In this document: positions 1 to 10,678 of the stretch, one piece after another
How the letters are laid out: each line of letters opens with the position of its first letter
Position numbering within the stretch: position 1 is the first letter of the stretch
Origin: an uncultured Planctomycetaceae bacterium
Lineage (GTDB): Bacteria > Planctomycetota > Planctomycetia > Pirellulales > PALSA-1355
DNA: 64,000 nt
Assembly: GCA_963785305.1 (NCBI GenBank)
Contig: CAWAUV010000007.1
Span: 832,001-896,000 of the forward strand
Reading direction: 5' to 3'
The notes under the pieces: generated by a model
Told to the model about the DNA's origin: nothing
Databases searched by the model: none
Seen by the model: only the letters and a program-made list of their open reading frames with translations
Position numbers and translations under genes: made by a program

Positions 1-1190
1 GGTCGAACGTGCCGGGGTTGCGGTTTCGTGTGTCGATCGACGGAACGCCCCTCGCCAAGAGTCAGTCGCATCTCTCCACCGAGTTGCCAGTGTTCGCCCC
101 CTGCGAGTGGACTGGGCGCGGCCTCGCGTCTGCCATCATCGGGCAAGGCGCCGACCGGCTTCCCGTCTCGCTCGACGTCAAGCGGCGGCACACGGCAGCG
201 CAGGATGCTGAAGCTTGGAAGTCAAAGGACATCGCGAGCCTGCTCGGCGCGACGACCAAGCTGAAACTTCTCGGGCGCGCGAAAAAATTGGAGGATTTGG
301 TGGGCAACGGCTACCTCGCGCTCATCCACGCCGATGGCAACGGTGTCGGCAGTGGCGCCGGCAAGACCGACGGCGAACGAGCACGATTCTTCCATCGCAA
401 CCGAATGCTGCTGCGGCGTGCGTTGAGGGTCGCGATCGACAAGCATTGTCGGGATAACTGCCCTGACACGAAAGTGGCGCCGCTTATTCCGTTGATGCTC
501 GGCGGCGACGACCTCTTGCTCGTGAGTCGGGCCGCAGTCGCGCTGCCCTTCATTGTCACACTCTGCGAGAAATTGGAGTCGCTCCAGCAGGGCAGCACTG
601 GCTTCAAACTGACCCTCGGGGTCGGCGCGGTGTTCGCCAAATACACCATTCCCATTCACCGGCTGCACGAGGTCGTCGAGCAACTCGTCGGCTCGGCGAA
701 GCGACGCGTTCGTGGGCTGAAAGACGACGCGGCAAAAGTCTCGGTCGTTGATTGGGCCGTCTACAGCACGGCCTGGGTCGACGATCCCATCGACGTGCGT
801 CGGCGTGACTGGCTGCGCGGTGGCGGCAACGGAAACGAGTTGCGCGTGCTCTCGCAGCGGCCTCTCGACGTGCTCGGACACGGCCTCGACACGTTGCAGG
901 GGCTGGTCCGCGGCGCCAAGCAACTCGCGGGCGCGCCGCGATCGCAGTTCCGTTATCTCGTCGATCAGCTCCCACGTGGACAGGCGCTCTCGGAGTTGGC
1001 GTTCGCCGAGTTGCCACCAGATGTGAAGCGACGACTCGAGAAAGCAGGCATGAAAACCCCGTGGCGACGAGTGGCGGAAAACGGGCCGTGGTTGACCGAG
1101 CTGCTCGATCTGGTCGAGATCACCGAGATCGCTCGTCTGGGTCGCAACGTTGAACTTGTCGATGCCAAGCAGGAGGACGCCCATGCCTAA
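1..1190 (+). CDS. cas10: Type III CRISPR Cas10 (5'-truncated by window edge), Palm2 cyclase motifs intact
   Basis: YLALIHADGNGVG and PLMLGGDDLLLV Palm motifs, LTLGVGAVFAKYTIPIHRL..SAK region, degenerate PCEWTG; frame open to the window start; followed by RAMP genes. Confidence 0.92.
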   Translation, partial: SNVPGLRFRVSIDGTPLAKSQSHLSTELPVFAPCEWTGRGLASAIIGQGADRLPVSLDVKRRHTAAQDAEAWKSKDIASLLGATTKLKLLGRAKKLEDLVGNGYLALIHADGNGVGSGAGKTDGERARFFHRNRMLLRRALRVAIDKHCRDNCPDTKVAPLIPLMLGGDDLLLVSRAAVALPFIVTLCEKLESLQQGSTGFKLTLGVGAVFAKYTIPIHRLHEVVEQLVGSAKRRVRGLKDDAAKVSVVDWAVYSTAWVDDPIDVRRRDWLRGGGNGNELRVLSQRPLDVLGHGLDTLQGLVRGAKQLAGAPRSQFRYLVDQLPRGQALSELAFAELPPDVKRRLEKAGMKTPWRRVAENGPWLTELLDLVEITEIARLGRNVELVDAKQEDAHA

Positions 1191-3159
1191 GAAGTGGGTA
1201 CGTTATATCCTCACCGCCGAGTTCCTCTCGGATGCCCAGCTCGGCTCAGGCTCGGGAGGAGGTGGCATCGACGCGCTCATCGCACGCGATCGCCATGACC
1301 GCCCCGTCATCTGGGCTTCGCATGTCGAGGGGGTGCTGCGCGACGCCGCACGCAGGCTTCGCGGTGATAAAGAAGCCGGGAAGTTCTTCGGGCGAGCTGG
1401 CGGCGAGCAACAATGCGCCGTCTTCACTTCGCTCTACGCGAAAGAAAACCCCGAGAGCCACATTTGGTGCTCGACCGCTCGCGAGGCATTCGACAACCGC
1501 GCGCCGAAGGACGACACACTTCGACTCATCGAATATGTGCCCAAGGGCGCCAAGCTCGCCGGCGAGGTCGAAATGCCCGCGAGCGACGTGCCGATGTTGC
1601 GGCGGCTCGTGCAAGAGGTCGACGCGCTCGGCGGGGGCCGGTCGACGGGCGCTGGTCGGGTGAAACTCACGCTCTCGGAGATCATGACCACGACGCGCAA
1701 AATGGGCACTGGGACGGGACGCCTCGTGCTTCTGCTCAAGAACCGCGATCCGCTCTGCATCACCGCGACGGCGACACCCGACAACCTGATACCGAGCCTC
1801 GCGTTTGTGCCGGGTCGCGCGCTGCTCGGCGCGGTCGCTGCGTGGCTCATCGCCGAGGGCGATCGTGAAACCGCCTCGCTGCTCACGTCGGGGAAGGTCT
1901 CGGTGAGTGACGCGCTACCGCTTCCCCCGGACCTCGCTCGGCTTGAGGGCGTGGATGCTCCGGCCAAGCTTGAGTGCGTGGAGGTGCTGCCCGCGCCGCT
2001 CGCGGTCCAGAGTGAGAAGCCAAAGGGCGCGGCGAGTGAGATCCCCTGGTGGGCGCAGCCAACCGCGCAGGCGACGCGGCTCAATGCGTGGGATGCGCAA
2101 GAAAAGCTCAAGCGGCCAGAGGACGATCTCTTCGTCTACCGCGCAAGTCCGAGCGAGGCGTGGACAACGTTTAAGCCCCCGCGCAGGGTGCGATTACGCA
2201 ACGGCCGGCCCGATCCCCAGCAGGCCGGCGCGTCGCTCTTCGCCATCGAGCAGATCGTCGAGGAGACGCACTTCCTCGTCGAGCTTCATGGTTTGCCCGA
2301 GGATCTGAAGAAGGTCGCGGAGAAGCTGGGGCCCGTGCTCGAAAGGCGACGCTGGCTGCGCATCGGTCGCGCGGGAGCGCCGGTCGAGGTGGTTCACGTC
2401 GCGTGGTCGAAGGCTCATGCCGCGACAATGCCCACGGACAAGGCACTACTCACGCTGACCTCCGATCTCCTCGTGCGCGACATGCATTTGCGCTGGAGAA
2501 CGGCACTTGATGCAGACGCGATCAAGGCTCTGTTTGGCGATGAAGTTCAGCTTGGTAAGGCGCTGCAAGACAGCGTCATGGTCCACGGCTTCAACGGAAC
2601 CTCGCGCCTATGGCGCATGCCCGCGGCGGCGATTCGACGCGGTTCCGTGTTCGAGGTGTCGGGTACCGGTGTTGCGAAGCTTGCGGAGCGGGCCGCGAAG
2701 AACGAGTGGCTCGGCGAACGCACGCACGAGGGCTTTGGACGTTTTCGTATCGATGAATTGCTTCCCGGCGTAACTGGCGAAACTCCCGCGAGCAGTGCGC
2801 ACACGCCTGCCGCCGACAGCGCGGAGGATGTCATCGCGGCGGAGACCAAGACGTGGTTCAATCGGCACAAGTCGCTTGCGGAGAGCGACAAGAAAGACCA
2901 TGCCGGCCGCAAGCCGCCGAGTTTATCGCAGTGGTTCGATCTGGTCGCGGATCTCGAACGAGGCAGCGAGACCGCGCTCACAAGCCGCCTCACCCCGACC
3001 ACCGCGGGCGGCCAGAATTGGAAGCACGTGGACGCGCGGGCGATTCTTGGCAAGCTCAACGACATGGCGCCGCGACCGGAGCAACGAGCTCTTTACGTTC
3101 GTTTCTTCGTCCGCTGGCTTCGCGCCGACATGCGCGAGAAAGCGAAGGAGACCCGATGA
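1183..3159 (+). CDS. Cas7-Cas5(Csx10-like)-Cas11 fusion RAMP
   Basis: N-terminal Cas7 (FLSDAQLGSG..IDALIARD..PVIWASHVEGVLR; G-loop LGGGRSTGAGRV), then Cas5 (DPLCI..FVPGRALLGA; WLGERTHEGFGR), then a C-terminal helical ~115 aa region with PSLSQW resembling small subunits; ATG 1183 overlaps the cas10 stop. Confidence 0.8.
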   Translation: MPKKWVRYILTAEFLSDAQLGSGSGGGGIDALIARDRHDRPVIWASHVEGVLRDAARRLRGDKEAGKFFGRAGGEQQCAVFTSLYAKENPESHIWCSTAREAFDNRAPKDDTLRLIEYVPKGAKLAGEVEMPASDVPMLRRLVQEVDALGGGRSTGAGRVKLTLSEIMTTTRKMGTGTGRLVLLLKNRDPLCITATATPDNLIPSLAFVPGRALLGAVAAWLIAEGDRETASLLTSGKVSVSDALPLPPDLARLEGVDAPAKLECVEVLPAPLAVQSEKPKGAASEIPWWAQPTAQATRLNAWDAQEKLKRPEDDLFVYRASPSEAWTTFKPPRRVRLRNGRPDPQQAGASLFAIEQIVEETHFLVELHGLPEDLKKVAEKLGPVLERRRWLRIGRAGAPVEVVHVAWSKAHAATMPTDKALLTLTSDLLVRDMHLRWRTALDADAIKALFGDEVQLGKALQDSVMVHGFNGTSRLWRMPAAAIRRGSVFEVSGTGVAKLAERAAKNEWLGERTHEGFGRFRIDELLPGVTGETPASSAHTPAADSAEDVIAAETKTWFNRHKSLAESDKKDHAGRKPPSLSQWFDLVADLERGSETALTSRLTPTTAGGQNWKHVDARAILGKLNDMAPRPEQRALYVRFFVRWLRADMREKAKETR

Positions 3160-5059
3160 CCACGAAGCTCACGCTTTTTACCGCCACCCTCGTTCAGGAC
3201 TCGGCGCTCTCGGTATCGGGCCTGGTTCGCGAGACGAGCGCGGACCAGCCGTTCGCGCTCGTCGACGGTGTGCCGACGCTCGTGGGGCGCGGCCTCAAGG
3301 GCGCGGCTGTCGCCATGGCCAAGCGATTCTTCGACCCGCTGCCGCGCGCTGTCTCCGACGACATCAAGCATGGCGCCCTGCGCCGCTCGGCATGGGAGTT
3401 TGCCGATGCGACTGCGACTGGAGTTCCACGCCTTCGCGCCGGCGTCGGCATTCGTCAGAAAACGGGCGCGCGTGCGGGCGGCGTGCTCCACGACCGCGAG
3501 GTTATCCCCGCCGGCACGAGGTGGCAGCTCAGCGTCCGCGTCGACTGGTCGCAGATCCCGGAAGAAAAGCGTGACGACGAAGATCGCCAGACAGAAGGCA
3601 TCCTTGGTTATGTGCTCGCCGAGCACTGGGCCAAGGGGCGCTGCTGGATCGGAGGCGGTGTTGCCCGCGGTCTGGGCTGGTGTCACATCGACGAACTGAA
3701 GGTATACCGCTTCGACGAGGCCAGCTACGAAGAATGGATCGAGGCCGGGCGTCCACGCGAGCCCAACATAAGCGCTGTCGCGACGCCCATCGTCTCGCCC
3801 ACGCGCTCGTGGTGCTTTCGCACGCTCGATGTGAACATCGCTTTCGGCGAATACAAACCCGAACTGGATGATCCCGCGTGGGGCCTCGACATGTTCGCGG
3901 TCGGCCCCCACGACACCGAGCGCGCCATGCAGCTCACGGGCGACGGCGCGTGGGCCAAGCCCGCATGGGCGGTGAATGCGAGCACGCCCGACGCACTTGG
4001 CACCGATCGCGCGCTCCTCATGGAGGACGGCCGACCGCTGCTGCCAGGCGCAAGCGTGCGAGGGCCGCTGCGGCATGCGTTTTCGCGATTGGAACGCGCC
4101 GCGGGGCACGATGTGAAAGATCCGCACCTCGTGCAGGGCAACGTCGGCCCAGACGATCCCGCGGGCCAAGCCTTCGGCACGGTGAACCACAGCAGCCGCA
4201 TTCTGATGCGCAACGCGCGCGCCGAAGGCGCTGGTACGCGGCGAAGCTGCACATGCACGCGGAGGATGAGTTCTCGGCGAGCACGTACGGAAACTCGAAG
4301 CGAGATGCGGTGCGCATGCTCCAGGGCGTGTTTCCGGTGCGCATCGTCGTCGAGGGCGGGACTATCCAGGATGTCGATCCGCTCGTGAAGCTCGTCGATC
4401 GTCAGGTCGCGCTCGGCTCGCTTGGGCATCTGCTGGTCGGCGGCCATAAAACTCGCGGCGCAGGCGCGGGCCGCTGGCAAGCAAATTCGTGGGTCAACGA
4501 CGACGTGACCAAGGCGCCGGACCGGATTCCGCCGAAAGAGCCCGAGAAGCAAACGGCGATCAGCTCGCACTCGCAGCATGGCTTTATCGATCGCCCAGAC
4601 GACACCGAGGCTTGGGTGAAGACAACGAACGGCACGATCGCGGAAGCCCTCACGCTCGGCGGGGCCGCGAGACTCGCGAAAGCCGCGCTCGGCGAGAAGC
4701 TGGTCGCCTGGTGGTGCGATCCGACTATCGACCTCGACTTGGACACCCCGCCCGCCACGTTCGGCGCCACATGGCCCAGCGAAGACGCCAGGCTTCAGGT
4801 CGATGAGGTCGCTTTCTACGCGGAGCGCGCGGTCTGGCGGGCCGCGCGCACGTCGAACGGCCCACGCTTCGTGCTTATCAAGGAAGTCCTGTCGAATGTG
4901 GGCGACGCGAAACGGACCGACGTGGTTCATACGCCCGCACGCCTGCACGGCTTCAAGCGTTTCACTTCGAACAACACCGGCGAGGCCAGCGTGCTGCTGC
5001 GCGAGTGGCACGTCGGCGACGAGATCCTCGGCTTTACCATCACCAAGGAGCAACGCTGA
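3156..5059 (+). CDS. Cas7-Cas7 RAMP with C-terminal Csx19-like domain (frameshift ~4230)
   Basis: Two RAMP units (PTLVGRGLKGA..IGGGVARGLG; PLLPGASVRGPLR..VGGHKTRGAG), a linker, then LQVDEVAFYAERAVWR..LLREW resembling Csx19; ATGA overlap at 3156; ORFs 2853-4388 and 3878-5059 join by one indel. Confidence 0.75.
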
Positions 5060-7535
5060 TGCCCGGCAAACCCGACAAGCAGCACCGCATTCGCGTTCGC
5101 ACGCTCGACGGCAAGCCGCGCGATGCCAAAGACTTTAACAAACTGAAAAGCAATCAGTTCGGAATGCCCCATCTCGACATCGTCGCCACCTCGGCCACGT
5201 CCGAATTCATCATCTGCGCACGAAGGAGACGCATATTGAGCACGTGCGGACGAAGCTCGGAGGCGCGGGGCTCGAAGAGATGGTCGGTGGCGATACGACC
5301 ATCGCGTCCGCCACCGCGGCAAAGTCGAAACGCACAGAGCAAACGCGTCGACATGGTATTAAGGGCCAGTCTTCGCGCGGTGGTGATGGCCAGAGCCAGC
5401 AACACGACGGCTCCACTGCCCCAGCGACGCATGCCCCTGATCTGAACCGAAAGCCCTATGGCTTCGTCTCGCTTCCGAAGGATCCGAAGGAGCTGACGAC
5501 CGCGCCGCCGATCTGGCACGACGGCACGAGCTGCACGGTCCGTCACTCCGGTGAGATCCGTTTCGAGCTGGAGACGCTGACGCCGCTCCTCGTCGGTTGG
5601 GAGCGGCAGACGCTCGACGCGAGTGAGCACGCGTGGACGATTCCGTTCCGAAAGGTGAGTCGCAACGAATGCGGTACATTCGTCCGTGCGGCCGCGTCCG
5701 CCATATACGCAGACGCCGCCGACCCCGACGAACAGAAGCGGCAAAAGAATCAGCGGAAGGTCGAGGAAAACCGACGCAAGCATATCGACCGAGTTCAAGA
5801 CCACATTGTTGACGCGCAGGTTCAGGCCGCGGGCTGGAGCATCGATTCGAAGTCGGTGCTCTGCCCGCTGCGCGCGCCGTGGGGCAGGCGGCCCGTCATC
5901 ATTCCCGGCGACTCGCTCAAGGGATTTCTGCGTCATGAGTTGGGCGCGCTCCTCGGCGCCCCGATGGAGCGAGTTGCCGAGCGATCATACTCGTACCGCC
6001 CGAACGCGATGTTTGCGCGGGAAGCCCAGTTCATTCCGCGTATCGCGCGTGTGCCGGATGACGGCATCGAAATGAAGCCGCTCGACGGCCAAACGCGGGT
6101 TCGTGTGCCCACGAAGCTCGAACTTCTGCCGACAAACCTTCGGTACGATAGACGGCGCGAGCAGAACGCGAACTACTACCGTTTTGATGACGGCGACGGC
6201 GCCGCATACCGTGGCGGTCAGGGAGCGGGGCAGAAACTCAACTCGAAGCGCAACCTTCACACAAGGCTCACCGCCAATCCGAGCCAGCCGACCCAAACAG
6301 AGACGCTCTCCCAGTCCGTTCAAGAGGGTTACCTCGCTACAGTGCGACACCTGATCGATCTTGATCACGGCCACTTTTCTTCGCGTCATCCTGACATCAT
6401 CACGAAGGCGATTACCAGCGACGCCGCCCGACAACGCATCCGCAAGGCCGCGCGGGACGAGGTCTTCCAACCCGGCGATCTCGTCTGGGTCGAGTGGGAC
6501 GCTGTGAGGAAGTGCATTGTCTCGCTCGGTTGGCACTATTACTACCGCTGGGCCTATGCCGACTCGGTCCGCAAGACCGGTGGCAAGCTCGAACGGCACG
6601 GGCTCTTCCCGCTCGCCGCCGAGCGGGAAAACGACCAGGATGGCGCGCCACTGGGACTTTCCGCCGTGCGGCGACTCTTCGGTTACACCGGCGACAACGA
6701 AGGCGGCAAGGACATCGACAAGGGCGACTACGCGCAGCTCATGGGGCGAGTCTTCGTCAATGCGGCCCTCGAGGTCGTCGGCGAGAACGAGAGCGATAAC
6801 GACCGCTTCCTTGAGCCGACCTTCCTCAAGGAGCTGGGCATGCCCCGGCCAAGCGCTGTCGAGCACTATCTCAAGCAGCCGTATCACCCGAAATCGCGGC
6901 CCTCCGACAACGCCACGCTCGTCACCTATGGTGACGCCACGGGTTACGATGCGCCCGGCAAGCTCGCTGGCCGCAAGTTCTACCTCGATCGCCAGGACGC
7001 TTATTCGGGCAAACCCTGGGAAGATGCTTCCGAAGCCAATAGACAAAACGACCGAAGCACGCTGGCGTTCGAGGCGTCGAAGCCGGGTCGCAAATTCCGC
7101 TTCACGCTTCGCTTCCGCGATCTCGAAGGCCCCGAGTTGGCCGCGATCCTCATCGCCCTCTGCCCCAACCAGTTCAAGGACGTGCTCGGCGGCATGCTCG
7201 GCGGCACGCACACCGACGGCTACTGCTCGAAGCTCGGCTACGCGCGACCGCTTGGCTGGGGCAGCGTGCGCATCGAGGCCAAGACGCTCCTATTCCTCGA
7301 TGTAGCAAGCGAAACCCCCACGCTGAAGCCGGAGGCCGACCTCGACGCCTGGGTGACGAAGAACCACGGGAAGACGGCGAGGCAGGACGAGTGGCGCGAC
7401 ATCCATCGTCGCAGCCATCCGGACGCAGCGGACTATCCGCGTGCCAAAGATCGCGACGGCAACGAGAACATCCACACCTACCACACGAACTTGCGCGCCA
7501 ATCACTCGCGCAACCGCCGATACAAGAAAGGGTGA
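5059..7535 (+). CDS. Cas7 with large insertion (TIGR03986-like type III-D RAMP), with N-terminal extension (frameshift ~5220)
   Basis: PYGFVSLP, HSGEIRFELETLTPLLVG, IPGDSLKGFLR, RRLFGY, LAGRKFY, FTLRFRDL, KLGYARPLGWGSVRI; TGATG overlap at 5057-5061. Confidence 0.85.
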
Positions 7536-7540
7536 CTATC

Positions 7541-9051
7541 ATGGCGACACTCCTCATCATGGCCGTCGGCCAAACAGACGTGCAACTCGTCGTCGACAAC
7601 CAGCGATACAAACTTGACGGCAAAACCTGCGGCGAGTTGCACGACGCCATCAATGAGCGTGCCTGGTCCGTGGCCGATGTTCCGAACCAGTCGGGCGCCA
7701 ACAAGATCGAATCCATCAAATTCGAAGGCTTGCCACAACGAGTCGTGCAACTCTGCACGCCAAAGCTCGATGCCGTTCTCTCACGCATCGGCGACTTGGC
7801 GTCGACGTCGGCCCTCATCTTGGAGACCATACGAAATCATGCGAGTGACCCTCGACGGGCGGGCGAATTCCTGGAACGCCGCCTTCGCGATCGCGGCGTC
7901 GACGAGGTGATCCGAGCGCCGTTCTTGATCGGCAACGAACGGCTTGAAGACCCGTCGAACGATGTCGACGCTGTTGTCCGGAGAACCGTCGTCGCTTGGC
8001 TCTCGAAAGCTATCGGAAAGCAGGTCGAGCAATTCAATAGAAACGACACCGTTTTCGTCGCCACGACCGGCGGTCTAGCTGCCGCCAACGAGCTCATCAA
8101 CGAACTGGTTCGCCTACACGCCGTCGGCGGACCGACGGTTACCGCGCTGGAAGTGCCCGATGGGAACTTCGCCGTGCAAGACGATCGTGCCGTGGAGGAG
8201 AAGTTTCACCCGGCGGCGGGCTACCGGGCGCGCTGGCACGCCCTCTCGCTCGTCGAAAACGGCAACTTTCTGGCGCATGGGGAGCGGTGAGCCATCTCGA
8301 GGGCGCGCCTGGTCAGGAGTGGACCGATGTCATCAAGTGGTTGGCGCTTTTCGCATCGTCGCTGCCACTACCCAAAGACTGTGACCTCCCGGTTCTGGGC
8401 CACCAGCGCATGGCGGTGCGAGCCGCGCTGCGTGTCGAACTGGCACTTCGCGCGGGCGATATCCCGAGAGCAATCCACGGCACGGTGGCGTTCTTCGAAT
8501 CGGCGCTGTGGGATTATCTTAATGAGCGCTTCGAGCGCTCTTCGGATCCCAAAAAACGCCGTTTTTTCAGGGTCAAGACCGGTGATGCTCCGAATGGAGA
8601 GAAGCTCCTCCGGAAAGGCGACGGCTCCAATGAAGATCGGAAGTGCCCGTTCGAGCTGAAGGAGACCGCCGACGGTGTCGATTGGTACTGGGTCTACGAT
8701 GGCGATGGCGGTCCCGCCGCGCACTTGGCCAAATACTTCATTCAGAGCGAAGCGATGACGAAGTTCGACAGCGCTCTCGGACGCCACGTTCGCGAACTCC
8801 GCAACGACGTCGCGCACGACGAGCCCACGCCAGAAATGATGGACTCTGCACGGACTTGCATGCAGGCCGCCAATCTCTGGTCGACCGACGACAAATTCCT
8901 GGGCCAGCCGCTCGTCCAAGAGGTGCTGAATGCACTCGGCGAGTCGTCTCTCGGGGAGCTTTGCAAAAATTTGATGTCGACCGTTCGGGAGTATTTACAG
9001 GACCGACGTCGTGAAACGGACGACGGACTCAACCAACCGTCGATTCTTTGA
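7541..9051 (+). CDS. CARF-HEPN cOA-activated ribonuclease effector (Csm6/Csx1-like), frameshift ~8272
   Basis: N-terminal LLIMAVGQTD and VFVATTGG (CARF-like); C-terminal RNDVAH is a HEPN RX4H motif; one added G gives NFLGAWGAVSHL and joins the two ORFs. Confidence 0.78.
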
Positions 9052-10678
9052 AGTTTGTTCAACGAGAGCCACGAATATCACCGGCTAAAATAAAGTGGCC
9101 CGGCCTGAAATCGACCTCGATCCGTACATGTCCAGCGAATTCAAGACTCGCCGCAATAGCGCCGTTCACCCGCCCGGGGACGGCGTCGAGATCGACGTTC
9201 CGGCGAATCGGCTCTGAAATGATTGGCCGCTTGGCCGCGAGCATCACGCGCGACAACGGCATGACGCGCGAGGGCGTGAGAAGTGACGGAATCATGCGTC
9301 CGCGCGGCATCGCGGAATAGGCGACGTCGGGTGATGCTTTTTACGGAGCCGCTTGAGCGAGCGGCCATCCGGGAGCGGGCGACATGCCCTCGCTGGCCAC
9401 GCGTCTCACATGTCGCATGGATGGTGATGATCCTTTCGCGAAAGCTGCGGAAGGTGCAGCACGATTGTTGCGCGGCCGATTGTCGCGAAGCATCGCGACG
9501 AACAACGCGATCAAGGTATTGGGATCGCTCTCTGAAGAGAACCGCCACAATACCTTGATCGGAGATTGTGGACGCAAACCATTAAAAGGCAATGACTTGC
9601 CCGTTTGCATCGCGATCTTGGCGGGATGGCCGCTCGAGTTCGCGCGGGTGAAATCTTTGACTAAATCGGCGCACCGGTCTCCTTGAGCGAGTTTCTCTGG
9701 CCGCCGACCATCACTTCATATTGTATGCGAATAGGCTTGGACCGAGTGCGACCGAGGTTTTTCGGCCCGGGGCGGAGTTTCAATTAGCGCTAATCGAAGT
9801 GGCCGAGTCTCTCTCGTTTTCGACGCGACTTGACGCGGCGGGACGGCGGCGGCATTTTCAGCGTGTATAGCCGCAATCACTTTCGTGCGGCGCGATGATT
9901 GTGATCCCACGCGAACTGCCGACGCATCGAAACGCGCCTTCCGACCGCGATAGCGCCTTCCGTAAGCAGCAAACCTACGGTCGCCCGTTCGACAGACTCG
10001 CTAAATTTTCACATGAATCGTGTCATAATAACCAGAAGGGGCCCTGAGCTATCGGCTGGAGCGAGCATCAGGGTCCCGGACCGGCGACGGCACGCCGCGG
10101 GAACTTACGCATTGTTAGCCGGCATGCGGACAATTCTTCTAACATGCCGCACGCTCGTTCATGTAGGTTGTGACGCCTGCTCGCAGGGCCGGGTGAAGCG
10201 ATCGTATCTCGATCGACTAGAGTTGCCCGGTGGCCGCCGGGAATGGCACGGCTACTCGGCCAAATGCCGGTAAAACAACGAGCGGATTCGCGAGCAAGCG
10301 ACATCGTATTTCGCGCGGTCGACTCGCGTGGCGGACGAAAAGCGGATCGGGAAAAAGGCCGTGAATCGCTCCCCGCTTTCGTTCCGTCCGTTGATCGCGT
10401 CAACTTCAATGCCTTCGCCCCATAATTGCCTTGGGCTTTATCAGAAAGTCCGTTTAAGAGGCGGTTTTTCCCGAGTCGACTGCCGTACCATTATCTCCTA
10501 CTTTGCCTAGCCCGTCGATAAGTTTACCGCCGGTTAGACCGGCCTGTGTCGACGCGGCCAAAGAGCCGACGACAGATAGCAGGCGATTCCTCTTGGCGGT
10601 CGGCGCTTCGACGGATATGGTGAAAGAAGTCCATGGTTTTCAAGAAGACCGATAGAAAGAACGGCAAACGGATTTGTC

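Noticed and set aside
9777..9825. Calling a CRISPR repeat at GTTTCAATTAGCGCTAATCG
   Set aside because: I found only one copy, so it is not supportable as an array; kept as a low-score finding.
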